64,000 nucleotides of DNA, from positions 93,992,001 through 94,056,000 of the forward strand of contig OX597821.1 of the NCBI GenBank assembly GCA_951406725.2. The letters run 5' to 3'. Both the position numbers and the translations under genes were made by a program. Positions 25,952 to 37,887 of the stretch are shown here, piece by piece (positions within the stretch are counted from its first letter, which is position 1; every line of letters begins with the position of its first letter). This DNA is from Octopus vulgaris. Its lineage: Eukaryota. Below the pieces are notes generated by a model, which was not told the DNA's origin, ran no database searches, and saw only the letters and a list, made by a program, of their open reading frames with translations.

Positions 25952-28574
25952 GTAAACTGCATTTGAAATTAATCTGCTGTCTGCTCTGGCTGGTGTGCGT
26001 TTTGCAGAAAAACAGCTCATTACTTGACTTACATACCATAACTGATACTAAGTACTACAGCAAAGTAAATAGTAGTCCAGTGGCTACATGTCACTATTTC
26101 TAGTAAAACAGTTGGGTGTCCATATCTAAGTTTAGGCCTGAAGCTCAATGTAAAAAAAATCTTGCAACTCATTTATTTGCTTGTAGAGTAAACTAATAAC
26201 TGAAATAGTGGCTCATAAAGTACCAAACCATCTGGTACTAGACATGTCTAGTACTAGTTGGAGACCCATAAAGTCAATACCAAATCTTGATATCAGACTA
26301 AAGTAAAGGAGAATAGTCTCTAGTTCTCAGTTAAATTGTTAGCATGTCAAATATAAATAAAATCCTCTGCTCCTCCAGTATGGAAATATTGAAATTGACC
26401 GAGCTGTTTATTAATATTAAATTGACGGACTGGCAGAATTGTCAGTGTATCAGTCGAAATGTTTTGTGGCATTTCTTCCAGTTCTTTATGTTCAGCTCTC
26501 ATCAAAGTCATTAGGGCCTTTCATCCTTTCCCGGTTGATGAATTAGAATACCAGTCAAGTATTGAGGTCGAGATAACTAATTTGCTTCCTCACCATCAAA
26601 ATTGCTGGCCTCATACCAAAATTAGAATATTAAATTAATCACTGGTGACTGGAAACCTCCAATGTAAGAAGTGTGTGTGCATATGTAATACACACACACA
26701 CACACACACACACATATGTTATGTCTAAATTTTTCTTACCTACTAAAAATTACAAATTTTTCAAATTTTAATTACTATTTTTGTTAAAATATATAGGTGC
26801 ATTGAGTTTTTAATTGTATTTTTTAAAATATTACACAGTTATAATTTGTTTAATGCTTCATTTTTTATTGTTATAATTTTAGTTTTTTTTTTTTTATATT
26901 AATCTTAAAATATTTAATTGTTATACTTAGAAAAATATTAAATTTTAAAATTAATGATAATCTTGTATAATTTTGTTCAGAATCTAAAAAATATTAATTT
27001 TGTTTATTTTGTGTTTAAGTGTAACTTAATTATTTATGTATATAGCATTGTTTTAATTTTGTTCTTTTGTTTTAAAAAATGATTTAATGTGATCATTCGG
27101 TTATGCAAATAATTTCTCTCTCCATTACGTTTATGTAAATAACATCTTTGTTTATTGTTTTTATGTAAAATCATTTAGTCCTTCATTATCTGCTTCTGTT
27201 TATCATCATCTACACAGTTGTAGTGTGTGTAGAACAAAAGTTATAGTTGTTTATTTATTTTTTATTTATTTTTTTTACTTTGCAACACTGGAATGCATTA
27301 TTCAAAGACATTTTTAAAAATCTAAATATCTTAAATATCTAAGAAATCTTTTAGCAAAATCTAATACTTCTCCAAGATATTGTTATTGTCAGTAATATCA
27401 CATTATCTTAATGATACTGATATAAATTAGTCAATTGATAAAATTTATTAATGGCTATTTTCTTTATATTATTCCCCCACCCTAATTCCCACAAAATACA
27501 TAATATCTATGAAAATATTAACAACACATATATATACAAACATTTTGGAATGGAAACTATCCCAAACAATAAAGTTGATGTAAAGTAGAAGTTAAGATAA
27601 TAAGATTATAATAATTAATTATAATAATTAATGCAGTTATAATTTCACATCTTAGTATTACTTTAGCAAATGTATTGAGTTCCTGGAAAGGGTACATCAT
27701 TTTGATTACTGGCAACAGATTGCATTCCCATTCTATGGTTAAGTTGTTAGCACTAAAGACATTGTGCTGTAATATGCTAGCTCTAACAACATACACTCTC
27801 TCTCTGTCTTTCGGAGTGGCACTGAGCACCTACACGCACATATACACACACGGCAGTAACTTCCACCTACCGAATTCAATCACAAAGCTTCGGTCAACTC
27901 GGGGCTATAGTGGAAGACACCTGCCCAAAGTGCCACACAGTGGGACTGAACCCGAAACCATGTAGCAATGAAGCAAGCTCCCTAACCACACAGCCATGCC
28001 CGCTCCTTCTTGAAATTTCAAAAGCCATCTCATCCGTAGAATAAGTAATGATGATCATTAAAATAACAATGGATTTGTATTGAATTGGTGTTTTTTTTTG
28101 TTTTGTTTTTTTAACATATTTGTTGTATGGTGGACTGTACCATATAGACTTTCAAAAGAAATTTAGAAACCAAAGATAAAGAAGAGGCCACTTGTATTCC
28201 ATGTGCAGTGTTTGATAAGGCACAGACATTTAAAAGTGGATCAAAAGCAAACTCTGCCTTTCAGTGATGCTTTACATTATCCACTGTCCGATCCCAATTT
28301 CAGATAGAAATGTTTGGTTAATTTTCACTTGCTGAAACATGCTCAAACTTTTCATTTAGAATTTCCAGTTAGTCTCCTTTCTGATGTATGACAGATGACA
28401 GTTTTTAACATTACCTTATTTCAAATACACTAGTGTATTTGGAATACACTCAATAGTACAAAATTAGTGTGGGAATAAAATCTAGGTATGTATTTATGTT
28501 TGCTGGTGTGTTGAGTAGCATCCTTTTATGTTTAAATAAATAACTTAGCCTTCAATAAACAGATATTGATAAAA

Positions 28575-28775
28575 TATAAATAAAAGATAATAAAATAATA
28601 ATAATAATAAAATAATATAATAATATAATATAATATAATAATAAAATAATAATAATAATAAAACAATATAATAATATAATATAATATAATAATAAAATAA
28701 TATAATAATATAATATAATAAAAAATAATAAAATGATAAAATAAAAGATAAAATAAAAGATAAAATTGATAAAAA
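28575..28775. repeat. A/T low-complexity (AAT/AATAT) tract
   Basis: Read directly from the sequence. Confidence 0.9.
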
Positions 28776-29214
28776 TAATTACCTAACTGAAATATATATA
28801 TTGAGGTCAACCTAACTATTTGAAGGTATGATCACATTTCAGTGACTGAAACCTGTCAGTTAATAAAGGTATTTTTATTAAATACTTTATCTTAAAAGAT
28901 ATTTCAAATTAATTGCTTAGTTTGAGTTTTTACAATATATTTACATGTCCAATATAAACGATAGACTATGAAGCAGAGCACCAAACTAGATGCATGATAT
29001 AGCTAATTCTGTTTACTTGCATTCTGATTTTAAATCACATCGGGAACTGATTCTGCATTAATTCACTTATGACCGATGAATACTAGTTATATACTGGAGT
29101 TGACTCAACTACGCCTCACATCTAAAATTTCTTTTTCTTCCACATAGTCAAATAAAAAAAAATCATATAAAATCTTGTCATTATTTTCACATCAAAATTT
29201 GGGCATTTGATATA

Positions 29215-29606
29215 TACTCTTTACTCTTTTACTTGTTTCAGTCATGCTGTAGCACCCGCCTTTAGTCGAACAAATCGACCCCAGGACTTATTCTTTGTAA
29301 GCCTAGTGCTTAATCTATCGGTCTCTTTTGCCGAACCGCTAAGTTACGGGGACGTAAACACACCCCCATCGGTTGTCAAGCGATGTTAGGGGGGACAAAC
29401 ATAGACATACACAAACACACACACACATATATATACATATATATGACCGGCTTCTTTCAGTTTCCGTCTACCAAATCCACTCACAAGGCTTTGGTCGGCC
29501 CGAGGCTATAGTAGAAGACACTTGCCCAAGGTGCCACACAGTGGGACTGAACCCGGAACCATGTGGTCGGTAAGCAAGCTACTTACCACACAGCCACTCC
29601 TGTGCC
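29215..29606 (-). mobile_element. SINE family A
   Basis: Same structure as 20966-21371. Confidence 0.85.
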
Positions 29607-30072
29607 TATATGTTTAGAAGTATTTAAAATTTTCTTCCTTTGCAAACAAAGCCAATTTTCATTTGTCTTTTCCTTGTAGTTATTCCATTTTGATATACAA
29701 CCATAACTGAACCACATTCTTCATATAGAAATTTCTTACTTCTGTATCAAACTCATGTATTTCCTTCTAATTCAGGCTTTTCATTCCCTCCATCCCTCTC
29801 TCTTTCATAGACATTTAATTAGATTCTTCTAAAAAAAATATATATATATATATTCAAATTTCCTTGTTTCCTCCAATTCCTCACGAAGCAACATAGCACA
29901 TCCTTCATATCATGAAATCCCAATCTCTCTCTCACACACACACATACACACACATTTTCATCAATTCATACATATTAGCTAATTATCTACTAACAACTCT
30001 AGTTTATTAGCTGTAGGCATAAACCTAATCTTTCCTCAATATTTGATTTGTCTTTATTTCTACCATAGTCAG

Positions 30073-30078
30073 AACAAG
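30073..30078 (+). CDS. candidate 6-nt microexon (NK)
   Basis: tctttatttctaccatagtcag|AACAAG|gtatgt, with TGCATG at 30110 just downstream. Confidence 0.4.
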
Positions 30079-30377
30079 GTATGTAGAATTTTATTTTAAA
30101 GAATTTGTCTGCATGACAATTCACCAGTTTCATTTTACATAGTCCCAAACAAGTGACAATGTTTAAATTGGTTTTGCAGCATTGTACCCTCCTCTAGTAG
30201 ATTTGCATTATGTTTATTCACGTATACTTTGTCCCTTGTACACAGAATATTATGGGTTATTTGGACATTTTTTCTGAAATTATTAAAAAAATTTTTGCTT
30301 ATATTTTCTTCAATTTTTACCATTATTTCATCTTTTTTTTTTTGTTTTTTTACTCTCATGTTGGGTCTAAACTATAG

Positions 30378-30449
30378 ATAACCCTTGACAACATCTTACC
30401 ATTCCGCCCGCCAAGACCAACATCTGCGGCATCTTTGAATGTGCTCTTG
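30378..30449 (+). CDS. candidate 72-nt cassette exon (ITLDNILPFRPPRPTSAASLNVLL)
   Basis: ctaaactatag|ATA...TTG|gtaaag. 3n, open in phase 0, GC/CpG-rich island in AT-rich intron, contains PxxPPRP. Confidence 0.6.
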
Positions 30450-31997
30450 GTAAAGTCATCAAATTTTGTTTAGCACGCGCAGATTTTCTTTTTTTTTCTT
30501 TTTCAAAAAAGAATTTGTGCCTTGAGCATTGCCTGTGTTGGGTTGGTTCGCTTGGTATTTGGATTGGTTTCTCTGGTTTTTTTACTTTGAAATTTTGATT
30601 TTTATTTATTTTTGGCTTTGTTTAAAAAAAAAATTTAACAGCTACAAGAAAATTTTACTAACCGCTCTTAAAAATGCTACATGCTGTTTTCTATATTTTA
30701 AAGCATTTGTGAGAATTAGGTTTGATTTATCTATAATCCCTCTATTTCCTTCTTACTTCCATTGGTCACTGTTAATTCCATAGACTGTTCAGTAGATTAG
30801 CAGAATCAGCAGAGCATCATACAAAGTACCTTGTGATTGTTATGTCTTCCATCTATGCTCTGCATTAAAATCCTGTTGAGATCCACTCTATCTTTTATCC
30901 CTCAGGTGTCAGTAAAATAAAGTACCAATCTGGTAATGAAGCTTTAATTAACTATAAGAATTAACTATTCCTATTCTCCAAATATGTCATTGTACTTATG
31001 TTAGATATCAATTAATTAGGTAAGGACATCAAAATATGTGTATTGTGATGATACACAGGCACCGGTGACATGTCTGCATATCAGTCTGTTATCAGCTAAT
31101 TTCTTTATATTGTTGCAATAGTTGTATAATGACACCTGCCCAGTGGAAATGAATATCCAGTGGTTTTTGATGTCTTTCATTTCTCTTGCTTCTGGGCTTT
31201 CCTCTGAAGGTCTTCATCAGCAGATTTCACGGCTGGATATCCAGCTGACCTCAGTTATCCTGACCTGGTCATACTGGCAAGCTGGGGTAATGATTGTTAC
31301 ATCATGCTGTTAATAACACAATTTCAGTTTAGTAAATCTGCTTGTACATAATTATAAGATTCAGAAGTATTAGATAAACATTCATTCATATAGGATTCAA
31401 CAGTGTATGTTGAATAACATTGTTATGTGATGAAGTTTATGCTATGAGCTGGTACCTTAAAGTTCATAAGATGTTGATTTATGCATTGCATTCCCGGGGG
31501 TAAGGATGTAAATTTTGGAAATGACACCAGACTTTGACTCTATTCTCTCACAATTCAGATTTTAATTTTTGAAGAGTATCTAGAAGATAACAAATGATGA
31601 AGTACTAACAATGGCAAAAACTAAGCATGTTTTATTGGACACCATCAAAGAGAAAAAAAAAACTAAAATATTTTGGACACTTAGATGAAATAATTTATAG
31701 AAATTTTTAATAGAAAGCAAAAGGAAAGGGGGAAACCAAGAAGTATGCAGATAGATAATACTGAGTTGAAGAAACTTTAAATAGAAGTATAGTAGGCCAA
31801 GCAACCTCTCAGAAGCCATCTTGAAAAAGTTCATGTGTGTCACAGCTTGAAATACAGAGTTTAATTCTTCCAATGGGTAGAACTTGTAATGAACTTTGTC
31901 TACTTGCCCTGTTCTAGATACACCCCATCAAGAGTAACTACTTATCAGTTATGCTGCTATTACCCAGTGATTTCTAGGTATTATCACTATTCCTGTT

Positions 31998-32348
31998 ATC
32001 ATCATCATCATTTAGCATCCGCTTTCCATGCTAGCATGGGTTGGACGGTGCAACTGGGGTCTGAGAAGCCAGAAGGCTGCACCAGGCCCAGTTTGATCTG
32101 GCAATGTTTCTACGGCTGGATGCCCTTCCTAACGTCAACCACTCCGTGAGTGTAGTGGGTGCTTTTTACGTGCCACCGGCACAGGTGCCAGACGGGGCTG
32201 GCAAACGGCCACGGTCAGATGGTGCTTTTTACATACCACCGGCACAGGGGCCAGGTGAGGCTGGCAACGGCCACGGTCGGATGGTGCTTTTTACGTGCCA
32301 CCGGCACAGGGGCCAGGCAAGGCTGGCAACGGCCACGATCGGATGGTG
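31998..32348 (-). mobile_element. (ATG)n-tailed retroelement family D with internal ~58-bp tandem repeats
   Basis: (CAT)n then GCTTTCCATGCTAGCATGGGTTGGAC...GGATGCCCTTCCTAACG, then repeated TGCTTTTTACGTGCCACCGGCAC units. Copies at ~9022, 11627, 13645, 18745, 38348, 42808, 47636, 47965, 62618. Confidence 0.8.
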
Positions 32349-33468
32349 TAATATACACTGAAATATTGTTGTGATGTGTGGTGCAATCTTGTAATACCAT
32401 TGATTGCTAATTAATAAACAGGTTCACATCCTTTGATTGGCATTCTTGCTGAAGCCCTTTTCTTTTATGTTTGGGGCATATTCTGGACTGGATTTTAAGG
32501 TTGTTACATGTGGGCCCTATTTTGAAGATTGTAGAGAGTATTTAAGGGTAATTTAACTGTTAAAGCAAGCAGGTTGAGTGAAACAATAGTTATTCCCTTA
32601 TTAGTTCAGATTGCAGTCATAATGGTCAGTGGTATTACAAGATGTCTTTTCTAGATGCTCACCACCTGTTTAATTAGAATCATCTCTGTAAGTCTGTATA
32701 TGTTCTTTCCCATAGTGATCTATTTTTTGCCTGACATTTTTTTCCCTGCTGTTTATTTTAAGTTTTAATAAATTTGGTAGCGGAGCCAGGTTAGAAGATG
32801 ATTCTTTAGATTTTAAAGAAAATGCATTTTTGATAAATTTTAGCGTTTTTACTGAATGCAGAGAATGACCCTATGATAATTTGCTTCATGAAATTGTGTC
32901 GTGAGCATTTTAACTGTTTAAGTGCTTGCAAGGATCATATAACAGAAGTATTGTCTCTAAGTGCTCTAAGTGAACAACTGTCAACATTGCCTCTTTGAAC
33001 AGAATTGCTTTTCCATATTTGATATCTAAGAAAATAGTTTTGTTACTTATCCCTTATCTAGATCCATACCTTTTTTTATATGTAGCAATGCACATGATAC
33101 CCTAATGTATTCTTGTTCTCTTCATACATACTCTCACATCTGCTACAACAGTGAGAAATATATTCTGGTTTGTTGTGTGTGCTTTACTCTTAACAATATG
33201 GTCTCTATTAACAAGAATTAATTACTCCTACCCTAACTCTTAACTGTGTGATTTCTTTTAACAAAATGCACACTTCAACTTCTTCATTTCTGCATCACAT
33301 GGCTCGGAAAATTTTGCATTATGTTTTTCCATGATTTTCTTCTTTTTTTTTTTATATCAAAGAAATCTAAATTATATCTCCATAGCAACTGTAAATAAAT
33401 AATCTTTTTTTGTGCATAAATATCAGGTGAGAAATTAGCATAACGATGTTTTCTTTTGATTGCTTGAG

Positions 33469-33507
33469 GGCAAGGATAAAATATTGAACGGCTGGGCGAT
33501 CAAGCTT
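33469..33507 (+). CDS. candidate 39-nt cassette exon (GKDKILNGWAIKL)
   Basis: ttttcttttgattgcttgag|GGC...CTT|gtaagt. 3n, open in phase 0; the GAG acceptor is uncommon. Confidence 0.35.
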
Positions 33508-34239
33508 GTAAGTTTTTGTTTTTCTTTTACCGGTTTCAGTTATTTGCCCACTTTAGCACTTCCACATGATCTTTGTGTGCTTTTAGCAAAGTTCACTCAG
33601 CTGCAAGAATTCAAACTAAAGCCTCACTCAATTCTCTCCTTACCTGAGTGTTGTTTCCTGAGGACAGAGACCTGCAGATGCTTATAGGCATTAGCTACAT
33701 CAAATCTATCAATCTATGATAACCTACAAAGAACGTGGTGCTACTTCTACTTCCCAAAGTCATTCATAGGTTGTTTTTTTTTAAACTATCCAAGAGTTCT
33801 ATGAAGTACATTTTCTGTTAGCAGTACTACTTTGTGTCCATGGCTAAGATTACTTGCTGACATTACCTAGCCTGAAGTAAATACTACAGAGTAATATAGT
33901 TCATTGTTGTAAAATTGTACTAAGTACTCTTGTGGACCTGAAGAGAATAATGGGAAACCATTCCAGTATTATTTCTCACTGAATTCTCTGTATGAATACT
34001 TGGACTTCATTCAATGTCCTTATAAGCTAATGGGTATGTAACTAACCACCTTTACCATCACCTCTACATTTGTAATTAGATTGACAGTCTCTTAACAGAA
34101 ATACTATTGTTTTATTTACATGGATAAGGATGGAGCAATAACTGTATTTACTGATGAATTTTAATCTTACCACAGGTAAAAACCTGTGAGAGACTAATGT
34201 TGTTAACCTACCGAATGTAATTATCTCCCAACCACAGCA

Positions 34240-34705
34240 TCTTGAAAGTTGGAATAACTTCACAAACAGCTTGATGCAGGACATTACAAACTGGTTTACT
34301 CACTTGCTACTTACAGTAGCAAGGATTCGACACATGGTGACAAAGATTGTAAAAATCAAAGGAATTGCATGGAGATTTTTATATATAGCTTCTGCAGAAG
34401 GGGCAATATCTGGCTTCTTCATGCCCCTCAAAACTGGTGAGAGCAAGAGAGTTGATACTCAGCTTAAACATCGTAAAGTCAATACCACCATGACTGATAT
34501 CCAATCTACAGTGGAGAAGGCTAGCCACTGGATTTGGTTAAAAAGAGACGATGAGCGATAGCTAGAAGGATATTGAGTTTAACTTTATAACCAGCTGATC
34601 TAGCAAGCGGGGCCTCATATCAGTGAGGGGGACCGGTGCGCATTGATGCCATCGAGAGGTAGGCCCCGAAATGGCACGCATTCTCTCCTGATGACCCTAT
34701 ACACT
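34240..34705 (+). mobile_element. degraded 3' end of an RLE-type (HERO-like) non-LTR element
   Basis: ORF ends VEKASHWIWLKR, resembling the AExASxWLWLKR C-terminus as I recall it; followed by a GC-rich tail. Confidence 0.4.
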
Positions 34706-36517
34706 TGCTGGCTTCTGGTATACGGAGCCTTTGACTGGTAGCACTTGCATGTGCAAGTTGTTTGCAAGACATTGTTGCCAAGAAAATCATGAGTGGGGAG
34801 AAAATCCTTGTAGATTGATATTTTGTAGCAGGAGGATTGGAAGAAAGTGATTTGTGCAAAGGCTTGGAGTGGGATAAAGAGAGGAAGAGATATGTGTGTA
34901 TCAGATGTTCTTGATATACAGGTTACCTGTGCATTTTGGGCAATTGTTCTCTAATGTGACATCAGGTTGACCAATGCCTCCTCACACATTGAATTTCATA
35001 GACAGTAACTTTGTAGAAGCTAGTTGTGTGTGTCTGCATATCTTTTGTTGGTGTATATTGACAAAAAATGTGGTCATTAGCAAGAAAAACTGATAGACTG
35101 GTGCTTTTGAACTAAGTCTGCATCAATTTACACAGACAGTTCCTTGTTATTCTTGCTAGCAGAGCAAACACAAATCAAGGATTGACCTGCTGAGAACCTG
35201 TAAGCAATAATATTAATGTTCACCATTTACAACATAAAATAAATATATAAAAGGATTCGCCGACATTCGATATGTTTTTGGCATGCATTTTCCCTTTTGT
35301 TTGGGATTATTCCAGTGTCGACCATTGGAAGCATGCTTTCAGAATTCCTAATCTTCCAACTCTAAGCTGGATACATGATTTTTCTAAGATCTTTCCAGAC
35401 AAGTATTTTTTTGCTTTTTCTTATAGACACTTTGTTGCATTTTATAATAATGGGGCTTTATTTTATCACACATTTTGTTTCTCTTTCTCTCAATTAATTT
35501 AGGGAATTATGTTTTAATTGAAAGCCAATTAATATTATTGGCCTGATTTCAAATATTCCAACTGGATCATTTACCTGATTAATGACTTTGGATAAAACAT
35601 GTGTGCTACAACATTTTCCCTCTTTCATAAAAGTCCCAGGTTTTCTTGCCTGTTTAAGAAACCACTGTTTTTATTTTTATTATTGGTTGGCAAACACAAT
35701 CCCATGTAAGGCAGAATCATCATTAGTATTTAGCTACATCCTGATTCAAATCCCTACTGAAGCTAAACTATACCATTCTGCCTTCTGAGGCCAATTTAGT
35801 TCTATTTTCGGCTCTAAAATCCAAGGCCTTGGTCCTACATCCTTATTTGTAATATTAGCAGAACTGTTACAGTATCAGATAAAATGCTTTGCAGTATCTA
35901 TTCTAGCTGTTAACATCCTGTGCTCAAGTCTTACTGATGTCAACTTTACCTTTCATCCTCCCAGAGCTGATAAAAATAAATACCACACAAGTACTGAGAT
36001 CAATTGTTCTCCTCTGACCAAATTTTTTGGTTTGACCTTATGTCAGAAATTATCAAGAGTGGTAGATTGGCATAATTATTAGAGCAGCAGACAAAATGCC
36101 TTGCAGTATTTGTCCCAGCTCCTTACGTTCAGAGTTCAAATTCCTGTGAGGGCAACTTTGCTTTTGATCCCTTTTTTACGGCTGATTAAATAAATTACCA
36201 GCCAGAGTACTAGAGTTGATTAAATCAGCTTACCCCAACATATACATACAACAAATTGCTGGCCATCTACCTAATCTAAAAAAGATTACTATCATTATGA
36301 AAGCAAGATAGAGAATGGTGTAGATGGTAGGGTACCTGATTAAAAGGTTTCTTATTTTTAGTTCTATCTAGTGTTATATTTCAACCATGCTCAACTTTGC
36401 CTCCATCCTTAAGTACTAGGCATGTATTTTGATGGATTATATTGACTGTGTTATCCCTACCTCCTACAATATGTGACCCTGCACCAGTTTATGATATCAT
36501 TATTATGGAATACAATA

Positions 36518-36703
36518 AGGCAGTGAGCTAGCAGAATCGTTAGCATGCTGGGCGAAATGCTTGGCGGCATTTTATCTGTCCATATGTTCTGAGTTCAAAT
36601 TCCACCTAGGTCGACTTTGCCTTTCATCCTTTCGGGGTTGATAAAGTAAGTACCAGTGAAACACTGGGGTTGATGTAATCAATGTGCCATTAGCAGAAAG
36701 TAT
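36518..36703 (+). mobile_element. short SINE family C (Meta-like domain)
   Basis: GAGTTCAAATTCC B box, GCCTTTCATCCTTTCGGGG...AAGTACC domain, 17-bp target-site duplication tattatggaatacaata. Confidence 0.8.
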
Positions 36704-37739
36704 TATTATGGAATACAATAGTGCTCTAAACTAATTTGCCTGACTGTATTTTGATCCAGCCTTCTATTATTGTATGTTTGATCCCTCCACATATCAACTT
36801 TACCTTTCTCTGGTAGTTATTATATTGAGTGCAAACCATGTTTCCTTTATAAAACCCATTCCTACCTTTACAAATCTGCACTTCCGTATGATAACTGATA
36901 TCATATTATCACTTAGAATCCATACTGCTTCGTTATATTTTTCTTTACCTAATGCTTTTATCTGAACTCTTCAAAGTAATCAGCATAACATGATGCATTC
37001 CAGTTTCTTAGTTCCTTTACTCTTTTACTGGTTTCAGACAATGAGCTGTGACCATACTGGGGCACTGCATTTTTATTTTTATGTTTTTTTGTGGCTGTTT
37101 TGTTTTACTTACATCAAACTTACTAATACTATATGGTGCGTGTGTGTGCGTGTGTGCTTCTATATATGCATATAGATATATATGTATATATATATACACA
37201 TATAAAATACACATAGTTTACAGTTAAATATTTCTTTGTTGTTTTTATGAATATTTGCTAATGGGATGAACTCACTTCTATTTTTTTAGTTATCCACAAA
37301 CTAAAAAGAATATCTATACTCTTACATACATATTCATATACAGAACTGTGTGTGTCTTAATGTACACACACACATAGATATAAACAGTCACACACATACA
37401 TAAAGATTACTTTAATTTATATCTGTGTTTCTATGAGTAATATAATTATTATTGTTATTAAAACCATTTTGTCATAATTCGTTCGTAGGTTATATATTTC
37501 TCTCAAACAATATATGTATGGGTTATAGTTTAGTCAAAACTTTCTTATTTCAGTTTTTCTTGTTATTCAATGTTTCAGTTTTTTCTTCCATGTATAAAAT
37601 TTCAGTGAAATCCACTTGAAAACCTTAAATGTAATAATTAAACAAAAAAATACAATACAAAAAAAAACCCAAACAACCATGGATGTTTGACCGTTAATGG
37701 TTGTAATAATATTTGTCTACTGTCTTCTCTTGATGTCAG

Positions 37740-37887
37740 GGTAAGAAAGCAATGAGTCAGTATTCCCAGCAGACATTCCGACGAAGTGTTGACATGAAGA
37801 CACGTCTTGAAGAAGCAATTCTTGGCCATTCAAATGCCAGGACAGAAATGATGCTAAGGCGCCGCCAAACAAGCTTCAGTAACTCAG
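37740..37887 (+). CDS. DOCK7: DOCK6/7/8-family GEF, conserved exon (phase 0 to 1)
   Basis: tgatgtcag|GGT...TCAG|gtattt. Encodes GKKAMSQYSQQTFRRSVDMKTRLEEAILGHSNARTEMMLRRRQTSFSNS, matching DOCK7 [40 protein letters not shown] as I recall it. Confidence 0.93.

Noticed and set aside
31122-31313. GC-richer ORF that looked exon-like
   Set aside because: No DOCK similarity and no consistent acceptor/donor pair; probably a decayed repeat.
32155-32348. Regularly spaced repeats resembling a CRISPR array
   Set aside because: The apparent spacers are copies of each other, the array is internal to a dispersed retroelement, and the DNA is eukaryotic with no cas genes.
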